DNA from: Diplonema japonicum
Lineage: Eukaryota; Protista; Euglenozoa: Diplonemea
DNA: 64,000 nucleotides
NCBI GenBank assembly: GCA_964019335.1
Contig: OZ025661.1
Coordinates: forward strand, 732,673-796,672
Reading direction: 5' to 3'
The stretch's first letter is position 1. Every line of letters begins with the position of its first letter. The position numbers were made by a program, and so were the translations under genes. Under the pieces are notes generated by a model. That model was given only the letters and a program-made list of their open reading frames with translations, did not search any database and was not told the origin of the DNA. Below, one piece after another: positions 11,718 to 22,089 of this stretch.

Positions 11718-14114
11718 ATGTCGGGGTTTTTCCAGTTCTTCGAGCACACTTCGTCGAAAATAGACAAATTGCTCGAGGTGGAAAACCCGAACCTGGAGCA
11801 GGTGCTCACCAACCCGTTGTGCTTCCAGGAATGCATGACGGGCAACACGAAACTTCTCGGGTTCCTGTCCCTTGAAAGCAACGTTTCAATCATGTTGGAC
11901 CTGATGCTGCTGCCACTGGACGAGGAAGTCCCATATTTGGCAGAGAATGAAGAACCAGAACCTGACGCAGACGATGAGGTACCTCATGGAGTGGACAGAC
12001 GGGCAAGGCTTGCCTACGCTGCTTCTGAGGTGTTTGTAAGTGACGCTGTGACAGTACTGGAGACGGCATCCCGAGTCCCTGAGTTGCTCCTGAAGATTTT
12101 CAAGTTTTTAGACCAAAAAAACGCGCTGGATGAAAATCGAACCTATTTCGCAAAGGTTCTGACAGCCTTGCTCCGCACCAACGTATTCGCCGCCAGGGTA
12201 ACAGGCTGGCTTTACATAGCCAAGGAAACGGGTGAGTTCGACATCATAGCTAGCATCACTAGGCACATTTCTGTCGTTGGTGTACAGCAATGCCTCCTGA
12301 CATTGTTGACACCCATTGACATCATGGATGTCCCCCCTTCAAGAGCCTTCGTGAACTGGAGCATGGCCAACGGTTTGTTAGAAAGCATCATGGCGATCCT
12401 CGAAAACAAAACGGAGTCGGAAGAAGCCGACCAAGATAAAGCAGGTATTCTCTGGGTGGCTGTCGGGATCCTCTCTCTCGACACATATGGGCACCACCCC
12501 GAGATGCAAGCTGCACTAGTACCTTTCATCACCTGGTTGTCATCCCACTCTCATGAAGATTCTTCCCCCTTCGTTCCTGCCGTAGTCGACCTTCTCACAG
12601 AAAGATGCAGAAGCAACCCAGACTCATCAATAATCCCTCTGGCCTCGGACATCCTTCACCGGGTGGCCCGCGCCTACACATTCCAGACCATCTACGCATC
12701 TGGTCAGTGCACCGACTCCAGGGTCATGACCTACGGTTTGGAAAAGCTGTTGGAGGTTTGAAGAAAAAAAAAATATGGGTGACAGAAAAAAAAAAATTTT
12801 TTTTTTTGAACAGAGAGCAAGTGATTTCAAGAGTCTTTTGGAGAAGCCGCCCGCGGGTGTGCAACCTATACAGCTGCAGACAATCTCGATTAAACTGCCA
12901 TTTGGTATGCGAAAAAAAATAAAAAAATAAAAAAAAGGTTTAATGCGATTGAAAATATTGGAGCTAGTTAGAGCCATCGGGCTGGTTGAGCTGCCAGAGG
13001 TTTACATGTATGGAAAGAAGGGAGGGAAGAAAAACAAAACAAAACAAAAAAAAAAAAAAAAAAAAAAAAAAGGTGGTTCCTTGATGAAGGAATCCTCCCC
13101 CTCCTCCTGGAAATCTTCGATCAGCACCCACACAACAACTTGGTCCACAGCCTTGTGACTGGCACCATAAGGTCTTTGGTGTCTTCGAGCAACCCCGAAG
13201 TGGTAATGAGCACAAAAAAGAAAAAAAAGAAGAAGAAGAAAAAAAAAAACTACAGATAAAACGATTAAAAGAAACTGTCGACCCGGCAATGTGGGTGGCG
13301 AAGATGTACGAAGCAGGAAAGGATCCGGGTCGCGGTAGCTTTTCCGGGTTCATCTTCGAGCTCGCAAAGGTGATCTTAGAGAGGGGCGACCCGATTCTAA
13401 AAGAAGGGTATGTACTTTCTTTCTTTTTTGTATCTCAACAACAGCGTGGAATGTTGGGAAGACCTCAAGGTGGAGATCGGCGAGGAATCAGACCGCAGGA
13501 TCGCTTCCAGCATCGACATCGATTTTAACGCGGCGAGGTGGAGTGAGGCAGGAATGGGGAGGCCTCCTGGCGGAGACGACCAAGACGACAGTGAGGAAGT
13601 GGTGTGCTTAAAGCTTCCTGGAATGCCACCTCCTCCCGCATTGGGGCAGGCATGGGAGGCGAACCCGGTGACAGAGCCTAGAGAACAGGGCATGGACTGG
13701 GGTTTCACACCTCAGGTTCCAAGCCCCTCCCAAGGCGTGGCAGAAGCGACAAACGGTGTAGGACAGGGAACCGAACAAGACTGCCCCGAGGAGGTAATCA
13801 TGTTCCCCCCGCCTACCGATTTCGCCGCCTCCTCTCTCCCAGACCCTCCAGCACCTACTGTTTCGTCATCTCCGCCATGTGTTCCTGCAACCTCGGAACC
13901 ACCTTTGAGGAATTTTGAAACGATGATGGCTACAATCTTGGCTGACAATGTCGACCTGTTTGGTGGGGCTGGTCCCAACAGCGGGAACCAACAACGACCG
14001 GGCTCTGCGAATTCCGAGGAAAATATGACGCTGGCTCAGCTCAAGGTATGTGGAAGGTGAAAGGAACGGGGGAAATAATAATAATAATAATAGAATCAAA
14101 CCTGGGTGATTGGG

Positions 14115-14145
<31 letters not shown>

Positions 14146-14270
14146 CCGTTGTGGTAGTTCCTGTGGCTTCTCCTTCTCCCTCTTCCTCCTCCACTGGCCC
14201 ACAGCCAGCCCCGGTAGCATCCACAACTCCCACCGCACCTGTTGCAAACGCAGGCTGGCAACAGTTTTAG
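11718..14270 (+). CDS. SAPS-domain protein (PP6/SIT4 phosphatase regulatory subunit), 7 exons
   Basis: N-terminal IDKLLE..LEQVL...FQEC...NTKLLGFL and AYAASEVF. Removing introns 12756-12813, 12905-12937, 13008-13072, 13203-13255, 13408-13444 and 14046-14093 gives a continuous frame with PFGLMRLKILEL and FDQHPHNNLVH, ending at TAG 14270. Confidence 0.85.
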
Positions 14271-15341
14271 ATTTTTTTTTTCTTTTTCTTTGGGGAAAAA
14301 AAAGTGTTTTTTTTTTTTTTTTCTTTTTCTTCACAAGGGGCAGACCTGGAAGAAGAAAGAAAGGAAGAAGGAAGAAGGAAAAAGAATTATGAAAAAAAAA
14401 AAAAAAAAAAGAATAGTGTGGCACTCCCCTTATCTTCTCTTCCCTCTTCACCCCCCACTCCGCCCCTCTGTTTTACGCTTCTTGATCTAAATATTCGTGA
14501 ATAGGCTTCGCAAAAAAAAAAAAAGAGAGAAAAAAAGGGTGTGAAGAGAGACCTTTACCGGTAGAATGGAACAAATCATCAGCTTGCGCTGGTCACGCTT
14601 CCCTGCTGTTTGTGGAGGGGCACCTTGTATACACTGGACACAGAAGCGGTGTTCTTATCTTTTCTTTCCTTTGTGAGTTTTTTTTTTTTTTTTTTTCTTT
14701 TTTTTTTTTTTTTTCTTGCATACAGTTGAGGGGAAAAGAGTGAAAAAAAAAAAAAAAAGGGAGGGTGCAGTTGTGCTTTCACTTTTACTGTTCCTTTTGA
14801 ATTTACTTTTTGAAAGAAAAATGGGTCGAACGAGTTGCCCCTATCGTGTTGTCAAATTGCTGAGCCTCAAATACAAAAAAGAAGAAAATCCCCCTTTACG
14901 GCCTTTTTCCTTGTAGTTCTCCACCCCCACACTTTTTTTGTTTTCTTGTCCCCTTTCTTTTTGCGTCCCTACTTATCTGTTCAAATATGGTTCTTGGTTT
15001 AACTCTGTTATTTGGTTATTCTTTTCTTTTGCTTTCTTCTTTCCCCTCCCCCTTTTTCTTTTCCTCCCTTCTTTTTTCATTCTCTTTACTTGTCATTGCT
15101 CGTCTCGTCCATCACTTCTGATGTTGCTGTCTCCTGGTGCCACGCCTTCTTCTTCCCTTCCTTCTCGTCGGCTAGTTCCCACTGAACTCCCTGTGGAAGT
15201 CTGTTTAGGCCGCCCACATGGGCTTAGGGGTGAGCAGGGTTGCTGGCTGCACATGTGTGCTTCCAGGTGGGTCTCGTCTTGGGCCCGCCTTACTCGCGTA
15301 AGCGGAATCGAAGTATTTATTCCCCGCCCAGCGATTGTAAC

Positions 15342-15412
15342 GCGTAAATGGTCTAGTGGTAGAATGGCTCCCTGCCACGGAGTCGGCCCGGGTTCGATTC
15401 CCGGTTTACGCA
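15342..15412 (+). tRNA. tRNA-Gly(GCC)
   Basis: Acceptor stem GCGTAAA/TTTACGC, anticodon arm GCTCC-CTGCCAC-GGAGT, GGTTCGATTCC, followed by a T6 terminator. Confidence 0.96.
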
Positions 15413-15447
15413 TTTTTTAAAACCTTGAAAACAGGGGGTTTTGGGGG

Positions 15448-18111
15448 ATGCATTTTGAATCCCGTAATGATCATGATCATACCATAGTTGACGTGACAGG
15501 CGAGAGCACGAGGGATGGGTGGTTTTTAAGCAGGTGGTACCAACGGTTTTTGAACTATATATTGAGGCCAGGAGACGACGCGGATGTAAAAATTAGGAAA
15601 GGTGTTATTCTACCGGTGGTACTTATATTTGGACTAATACAAGCCTTTTTCACGTACAGGAACCTGTCTTCAGGATTCTGGCCAAATGTCGTGACAAATG
15701 GAACACGAACCATGATCACACTGACTATTAGCGTGTACATTCTATACACAAGAAAATTCCCTCTACCCCTTTTGGAATGGGGTACCTTATCCCTCGTCAT
15801 TACCTATGCATTCATTGGGGACGCTTTGGGGTACGGGCAGTTTGAAATGTACACCACTATCGTTATTTTTACAGATTCTCTGCTGTTGTCGGGAGCTACT
15901 CCGCAGTTCATAACTTTTTCAACCACTGTTATATGCGTGCTTCTTACAGTGAAGACCGTGGAGGAAGCCTTTCGGTTCGGGATGTACGAAGCAATACCTT
16001 CGTCGTGGGCGCAAAACCGCGAACCGTACCCAAGCCAAGGTGTTTCGTGGTTCTTAGTTGTCTGGAGCGTTCGGGTCGGTGTCTTCGTGGCCGATTTTCT
16101 AATGACGAGACGCTTCGCCTTGAAGATGAGGTTGGAGCAGCAGCGGTCTGCGAACGCTGTTGCCATGGCACAAAAGGTTGCAAACGCATTGGTCCGGTTC
16201 GATTTGGAAACCGCGGAGCAGCTCGTGAAAACCGCGGAACAGTCGGAGCTGAACACCGCCTTCGTCGGTCTCCTCACGAACCTGAAACAGTACAGACCGT
16301 ACCTCCCGGATGCGCTCTTCACAGACTGCGGGTCTTCCCAGACTTCAGGTCACAACAGGCACACAACTGCGTATAAGATAAGGCAGGTCCCTGCTGGGAA
16401 CGAACGAAGCGACGACCCAGTCACCATTGTCTTCACTGACATCCAATCGTCGACTGACATATGGGAGAAACACACCACCGCAATGCGCAGCGCTATGCAG
16501 ATCCACAACCATGTTATGAGGGAGTGTATCTCCGAGACGAACGGGTACGAGGTCAAGACGATCGGCGACGCCTTCATGGTGGCCTTCGACACAGTCATGG
16601 AAGGCATGCGGTTCAGCCTCCTCGCACAGCAACAACTTGTCGACGCGGAATGGCCTCCGCACCTTCTCGAACACCCACTGTGCCGTCCCGTCGGCGACCC
16701 CGAAGACGGGACCCTATGCTGGAGAGGCCTCCGCGTTCGAATCGGTGTCCACACAGGCCCTGCCAGATTGGAACTGAACCCCGCTACAGGACGGACCGAT
16801 TACATGGGCCCAACTGTCAACAAAGCAGCCCGGGTGGAATCTGCATCCGCAGGCGGTGCTGTAGCGTTCACGGAAGAAGTCCGAGCAGAGATATGCTTGG
16901 AACAATGGGTCGACGTGGCCAAGCCGACAATCTTAAAAATGGGGATCGTGGACTTGAAGGGTGTGGGCGGTGTTGCGTTGTACATCGCCATCCCGGGAAA
17001 CCTCACAAAACGGCAAGCTGAGGTAGAAAAGGTGGTGGAGGCGAAAAAAGCCGGAGCCAGGGTAACCTCACACGAGTCGAGCACACGAGGCGGCAGCACA
17101 GTGTTCACGCCGATGGAAAAAATTTCGGTGCTGCGGAACAAAATGTCGATGAGCATGGCGACCACGATGCACATTCAGGTCGATTTCGGGTGTCTGCTTC
17201 TTTTTAAATGCGCCGTCGACGCGGTCAACGAAATAGTCAACATGGTGCTCGAGGGGATGGAACGGACGGAGGGGCTGCTGTGCTACATATGCAGCAACAG
17301 TTTGGTCTTGAGCTGGAACGCGGGACGGTCATGTGCAATGCACGTTGCACAAAGCGCCAAGTTCGTCTCCCACTTCCACGCATCTGTCACAGGCTCGCTG
17401 TGGGAAAAGTACATCGGGGTAGGTCTATCGTCTGGAAGGGTTTTACACGGAACGCTGGGCAGCATGAAACAACGGTTTGTGACGTCTGTAGGTTCCACAG
17501 TCGAAGAAGCAAGGGCGTTGGCAGAAGCTGCCACACAGCTTTACACGTTTTGCTTGTTGACTGGGGAATCTTCGGCTGGAACCGACACCTCCTTGCAGAT
17601 CCACACGAGGCCCGTCGCATTGTGGGAGACGTCAAAAAAAATCCCGTCCAGCCCAGTCTCGAGCCCGACAATGGTTGTAAGTTGCACGAGCACACCACCA
17701 CAGATGAGCCTGGCAAACCCGTTGAGATCACCAGCGCAGGTTACTTTGAACAGAGTGGACCCTACACCAGGTAGGATTATATATGAGTTGAACTTGAAGA
17801 CTTTCAGTCTTGTGGATGGGGTGTGGAACCTCTTCGATGGAGTTGTCGCACCCGAGTGGGGAAACAGGTACAAGGAGGCCTTCTTCAGCAAGGACACCGA
17901 GATGCTCCTTGAGATGCACGACACGAACTACAGCGACCGGACGCTTCGGAAGGTTGTGAAGTTCCTGCAAGGGGATTTCGAGATCGCTAGGCCGGCTAAG
18001 AACGGCCTTGTCCTGCCTTCGGACCCTGCAGAGGGCTGGGTGGGCGAGTCGTCCGGTACTAATCTTGCTGTTCGGCGTGCAGCTGTGTTTCAAAGCATAT
18101 TGGAAAAGTGA
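15448..18111 (+). CDS. Multi-TM receptor-type class III adenylate cyclase with a degenerate second cyclase domain
   Basis: Several N-terminal hydrophobic helices. Motifs IVFTDIQSST, EVKTIGDAFMV, GLRVRIGVHTG and DYMGPTVNKAARVES, then a degenerate repeat (IGVGLSSGRVLHGTLG). Confidence 0.9.
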   Translation: MHFESRNDHDHTIVDVTGESTRDGWFLSRWYQRFLNYILRPGDDADVKIRKGVILPVVLIFGLIQAFFTYRNLSSGFWPNVVTNGTRTMITLTISVYILYTRKFPLPLLEWGTLSLVITYAFIGDALGYGQFEMYTTIVIFTDSLLLSGATPQFITFSTTVICVLLTVKTVEEAFRFGMYEAIPSSWAQNREPYPSQGVSWFLVVWSVRVGVFVADFLMTRRFALKMRLEQQRSANAVAMAQKVANALVRFDLETAEQLVKTAEQSELNTAFVGLLTNLKQYRPYLPDALFTDCGSSQTSGHNRHTTAYKIRQVPAGNERSDDPVTIVFTDIQSSTDIWEKHTTAMRSAMQIHNHVMRECISETNGYEVKTIGDAFMVAFDTVMEGMRFSLLAQQQLVDAEWPPHLLEHPLCRPVGDPEDGTLCWRGLRVRIGVHTGPARLELNPATGRTDYMGPTVNKAARVESASAGGAVAFTEEVRAEICLEQWVDVAKPTILKMGIVDLKGVGGVALYIAIPGNLTKRQAEVEKVVEAKKAGARVTSHESSTRGGSTVFTPMEKISVLRNKMSMSMATTMHIQVDFGCLLLFKCAVDAVNEIVNMVLEGMERTEGLLCYICSNSLVLSWNAGRSCAMHVAQSAKFVSHFHASVTGSLWEKYIGVGLSSGRVLHGTLGSMKQRFVTSVGSTVEEARALAEAATQLYTFCLLTGESSAGTDTSLQIHTRPVALWETSKKIPSSPVSSPTMVVSCTSTPPQMSLANPLRSPAQVTLNRVDPTPGRIIYELNLKTFSLVDGVWNLFDGVVAPEWGNRYKEAFFSKDTEMLLEMHDTNYSDRTLRKVVKFLQGDFEIARPAKNGLVLPSDPAEGWVGESSGTNLAVRRAAVFQSILEK

Positions 18112-18150
18112 AAAATGAAATACAAAAAAAGGGGGGGGGGGTGAAACAAT

Positions 18151-18410
18151 AGAACGGGAGTAACTTTTTTAAGTTTCGTTCTGACCGTTTTCAGCCCTAA
18201 GATTTTTGCCCAAGAAGAAAAGTTCCCCCCCACCACCCTTCACCATTTACACTAACTTGATTTAAGTTCACCTGTTTTTAAATACTAGTAATCCAAAAGT
18301 GCCCAAATTGGGTTGGTAGGGAGTGCTCTGCAGCTCTATCCCGAACATGGAATAGTTTTAAAAGTTAGGCTGGACACGTTAATGTAAACTTAAAAAGTTA
18401 CCCTGTTCTG
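18151..18410. mobile_element. MITE with ~25-bp TIRs
   Basis: AGAACGGGAGTAACTTTTTTAAGTTT ... AAACTTAAAAAGTTACCCTGTTCT. A solo end AAAGTTACCCTGTTCT also occurs at 59701. Confidence 0.55.
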
Positions 18411-18946
18411 AGGTACCCCCACCCCCCCACCCCCCCTTTCGTCTTTTCGTTTAGTAGTTAGGCTTCTCATTCTTGAATAAGCAGGCTTGTTTACCCTAAG
18501 TGGGTGGGGTTTTTTTCTTCTTTTTTTTTTCACGCACACCCTCCCTCCACTCCCAAAAAAATAAAAAAAAAAGTATGGAATGCGGGTTATCTCATCCTTT
18601 AATCCGTATTTTTTATTTTATTTATTTATTTATTTCCTTTATGACACGCACACCCCAAATATATATGGGCAATCTATCACAAAAAATGCAGTTTTTTTTT
18701 TCTTTCCCCTATATCAAATTCAAGAGAAAAAAAGAAAAGAAGAGGAGGAAGAAAAAAAAAAACACTTGACGAAATGAAATTGTTAATTGCCAGCACGGTT
18801 GACCAGCTAGCACAATGGCGTCTAATGTTAAGTTTTTTTCTTCTTCTTTTTTCTCTTACCTTTTCTCACTTTCCTGTCCTCGGGGTGGGGGTTAACGAAT
18901 GTTGGTTCTAAGCCAACCCTCTTTAACCGACAACCTATTATGTGAT

Positions 18947-18987
<41 letters not shown>

Positions 18988-19405
18988 CCAGGTGGTGGGG
19001 ATAACATGGAAATATAAAGAAGTACATCAGATGTGTTGTTCGCTGTTGACCTCCTCGTCGGTCATCACCGGTAGCGCCCAAGTGGAAGAAGCAGATGCTC
19101 TGGGTGGCGAACAGGCAGCAAACTACACGGGCTCAGAATCTTGGTTACCCGGGGCGCCCCGGCTAGGGTTGAGCTGCACACCGCACGCATTAAGGACACG
19201 ACGCGGAACGCAGAAGAAGCTACAGCTAGGCCGAGGTGCGCCCCCTGTAATCAAGTAAATGGTGCTTGTGCAGGGTGCCCCCACCGGCTTCCTTTAAATC
19301 ATCGAGTTTTTTTTTTCCAATTTTACTTACAGGCCTGTTGATCTCGCGCAAGCGATTATCATCCCGACACTGGAACTCACTCTCCTATTCCGCCCGGCAC
19401 CCAAT

Positions 19406-19442
<37 letters not shown>

Positions 19443-19461
19443 CTTTTTTTTTTTTTTTTAA

Positions 19462-21237
19462 CCCATAATACTCCAAGGCGCAAATATTTGTCGTTTTGAA
19501 AAATCGTTTTTTTCTCTAAGTACTTTTTCGTCCCCACGACCCCTGGATCTCCAAGAACGACTATAGTGAGGAGTTATTTTCAACTGCAATTCATGCTGCG
19601 CTGCATCACTTTACCTTGTTATCCACCCACCAAGTGGGTCCCAAATCCGAGTAGATAGGCTAAAAACGCAAAATAACGGGTGTGCATACTGTGCCCAAAT
19701 TGTTCCCAAAAAACGCAAAGGTAAAGTCAAAACAGCTACGGACGAGGTCTAACCTTCATGGGTAAGGGAGTTGGTACCCATAGAGACCATACAATAGGCC
19801 AGTGGGGAGAAAAAAAAGCTGTCCCGTGGTACGCAGAAACCTGACGACGCAAAATGGTTATTCCTTCGGTTTTTTTATAAGAAGCTCACAGACGTCATCC
19901 AAGAAGAGACAAACAAGCAAAAGGACGCTGAGATTGATAAAATTTCGACCCAGGACTCCACCGCTTACTCGGATTGAGCATTGCGATGGGTTTACGGCGT
20001 GCCCAGAATCAGCAGTCGTATTGGTCCATAGGACCCATGAAAATCCCCCTTTTCAGTAACACGATGCCCAGGAGACGCTACTGGGAAATCAAAAGTAGCC
20101 TCCACTTCACTCACACAGAAGAGTCAAACGGTGATATGTTGTGAAGATACGAGGGTTTCTGGACAGAATTGGTGACAAGTGGGCAAAAGCAGCAGTGCCA
20201 GGAAAATAATTAAGCATTGACGAGACACTCGTACCTTCACGGGGCAATTGGGGGGCTGCGGGTCTACTGTCCTCTCAAGCGTAAAAGATATGGCATAAAA
20301 ATCTACTGCCTAAACTGCGCGAGCACGGGTTATCTTTTGCGTTTTCACATCCACGCCACCAAAATCGAGGGGCACGCACTTGAAGATTTCAGTGTTGTGG
20401 AAAAAGCGGGGCTGGGGTTAACAGAGCCTTTCCGGGGAAATGACAACACGGTAGTTTGCGATAGCTACTTTTTGACTGTGGGTCTGGCCGAAGCCCTGTG
20501 AAAGAACTGTGAGGGGCTTGCATTTCGTTGGGTGTTGCGGACTCTTCTGGTGGACCCTAGAAGACAATAGTTAACTGCCATGCACTTCAAATAAAATATG
20601 GTTCAGGGATGCCAGAGAGATACACCACCCTGGCTGCTTTTAAAGAGCGCTTTCGAGAGAGCCTAATTGATGGGTCCAGCGTTGCAAAAACACCACTCCC
20701 GGCACCCAACTAGTGGAGCACACACCCCCTATACCCCAGATAACACCAAACGTGACCGCTAGCCACTCAAAGGGGGTCTGCAGGTTGAAAGGATGCACAA
20801 AACGCACAATCTACAAATGCTACACCTGAAACCAACACCTCTGTCCAAATAAGTGCTTTTTTTGTACCACTCTTCCATCACCCCAAAAAGGCTTCTTGAC
20901 GATTTCGAGGCCGATATTCCACCCGCAAATAGGCACTTCTCTCGGTCTGAGACATCTGAGGGGTCCTGATGCTGCCTTTTTTGTCCCAGGATGCTCAATT
21001 TACACCCCCCCGTGCACAACCCATTTTGACATGGTCGTTTTTGAGCACCCTACGGCCATTCAACTCTTCACCCCCTTTGTATTTTTATTAATTTTTGAAC
21101 TTTTTTTTTTAATTTTCCTGGTCCAAAGAACCCGTTTTACCTGCAAACGGGGGTTAAATGCTGCCATTTCCCCCCTCAAATTATGAAAAGGAGCAAAAAA
21201 GGGACCCCTATGTAGATAGGCCCCGGAGTGTTATGGG
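19462..21237 (+). mobile_element. Decayed piggyBac DNA transposon
   Basis: TTAA-CCCATAATACTCC ... GGAGTGTTATGGG-TTAA. Relics VYCPLKRKRYGIKIYCLNCASTGYL and VVCDSYFLTVGLAEAL. Subterminal motifs are shared with 3111-4893. Confidence 0.88.
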
Positions 21238-22089
21238 TTAAACTGTTTCCCCCTCCCCTTTTTTTTGTTTCTTTTTCTCGAAATCCTATCCATCCCCCTG
21301 AAAAAAAGTACCTTTTACCCCCACCGCAGAATGAATTCTCAGGTTCACTTCAAACCGGTGGGAAATCTTTCATTTTGTTGCAATTTTTTCAACTCGAAAA
21401 AAAGAAAGAAAGGAAAAAAAGAAAAGAAAAAAAAAAGACCCATCCATCTGGCGTACATTTGGGTGTAGTTTGGCGGTCATCCGTCGCGCTTGAGCAGGGG
21501 GGGGGGGGGAAGAAAAAAAGAAGAAAAAGAAAACACTAGTGGCGTTAATGTGTGCGTCTCTCTTTTTTTTTTTTTTAAAATTCTGAGCAGCTCTCTTAAA
21601 GAATTTAGGCTAGAAGAATAAAATCAGGTTTCACTTTATTTTACGTCCAGGTCCGTCCGTGAGAGACCTGGGCGTGCGTGAAATAAAGTATCTGATTTTT
21701 TTTTTTTCTTAGCTCATGTTTTTAAGCTAAGCGTTGTGCCAAGGGCATCAGCCTCGAGAACCGTGATAGAAGACATTCTGCTTCCAACGGCAAGCAAAAT
21801 GGCCCACACACTCGCTCAAACCCCAATAGGAAAACAAAGAGGCCAGAAAATCAACAAATTTCTGCGGTATTTGTGCCATGGTTGGTGCCCACCGTGGACT
21901 GGGGATCCTACACGTGCCTGTCACCTTTCTGCTGTTGCATCTTGGTGTCGGCTGTCGGGGTTTGCCTTTCAGTCATGGAAAGAAGAAAAAAAAAAGGGAA
22001 AAAAAGAGGGATCCTTGGCAACCGTGCTCCTACATTCATAAATTTAAAACTAAAAACAAAAAAAACAAAAAAAAAAAAAAAAAAAAAAA

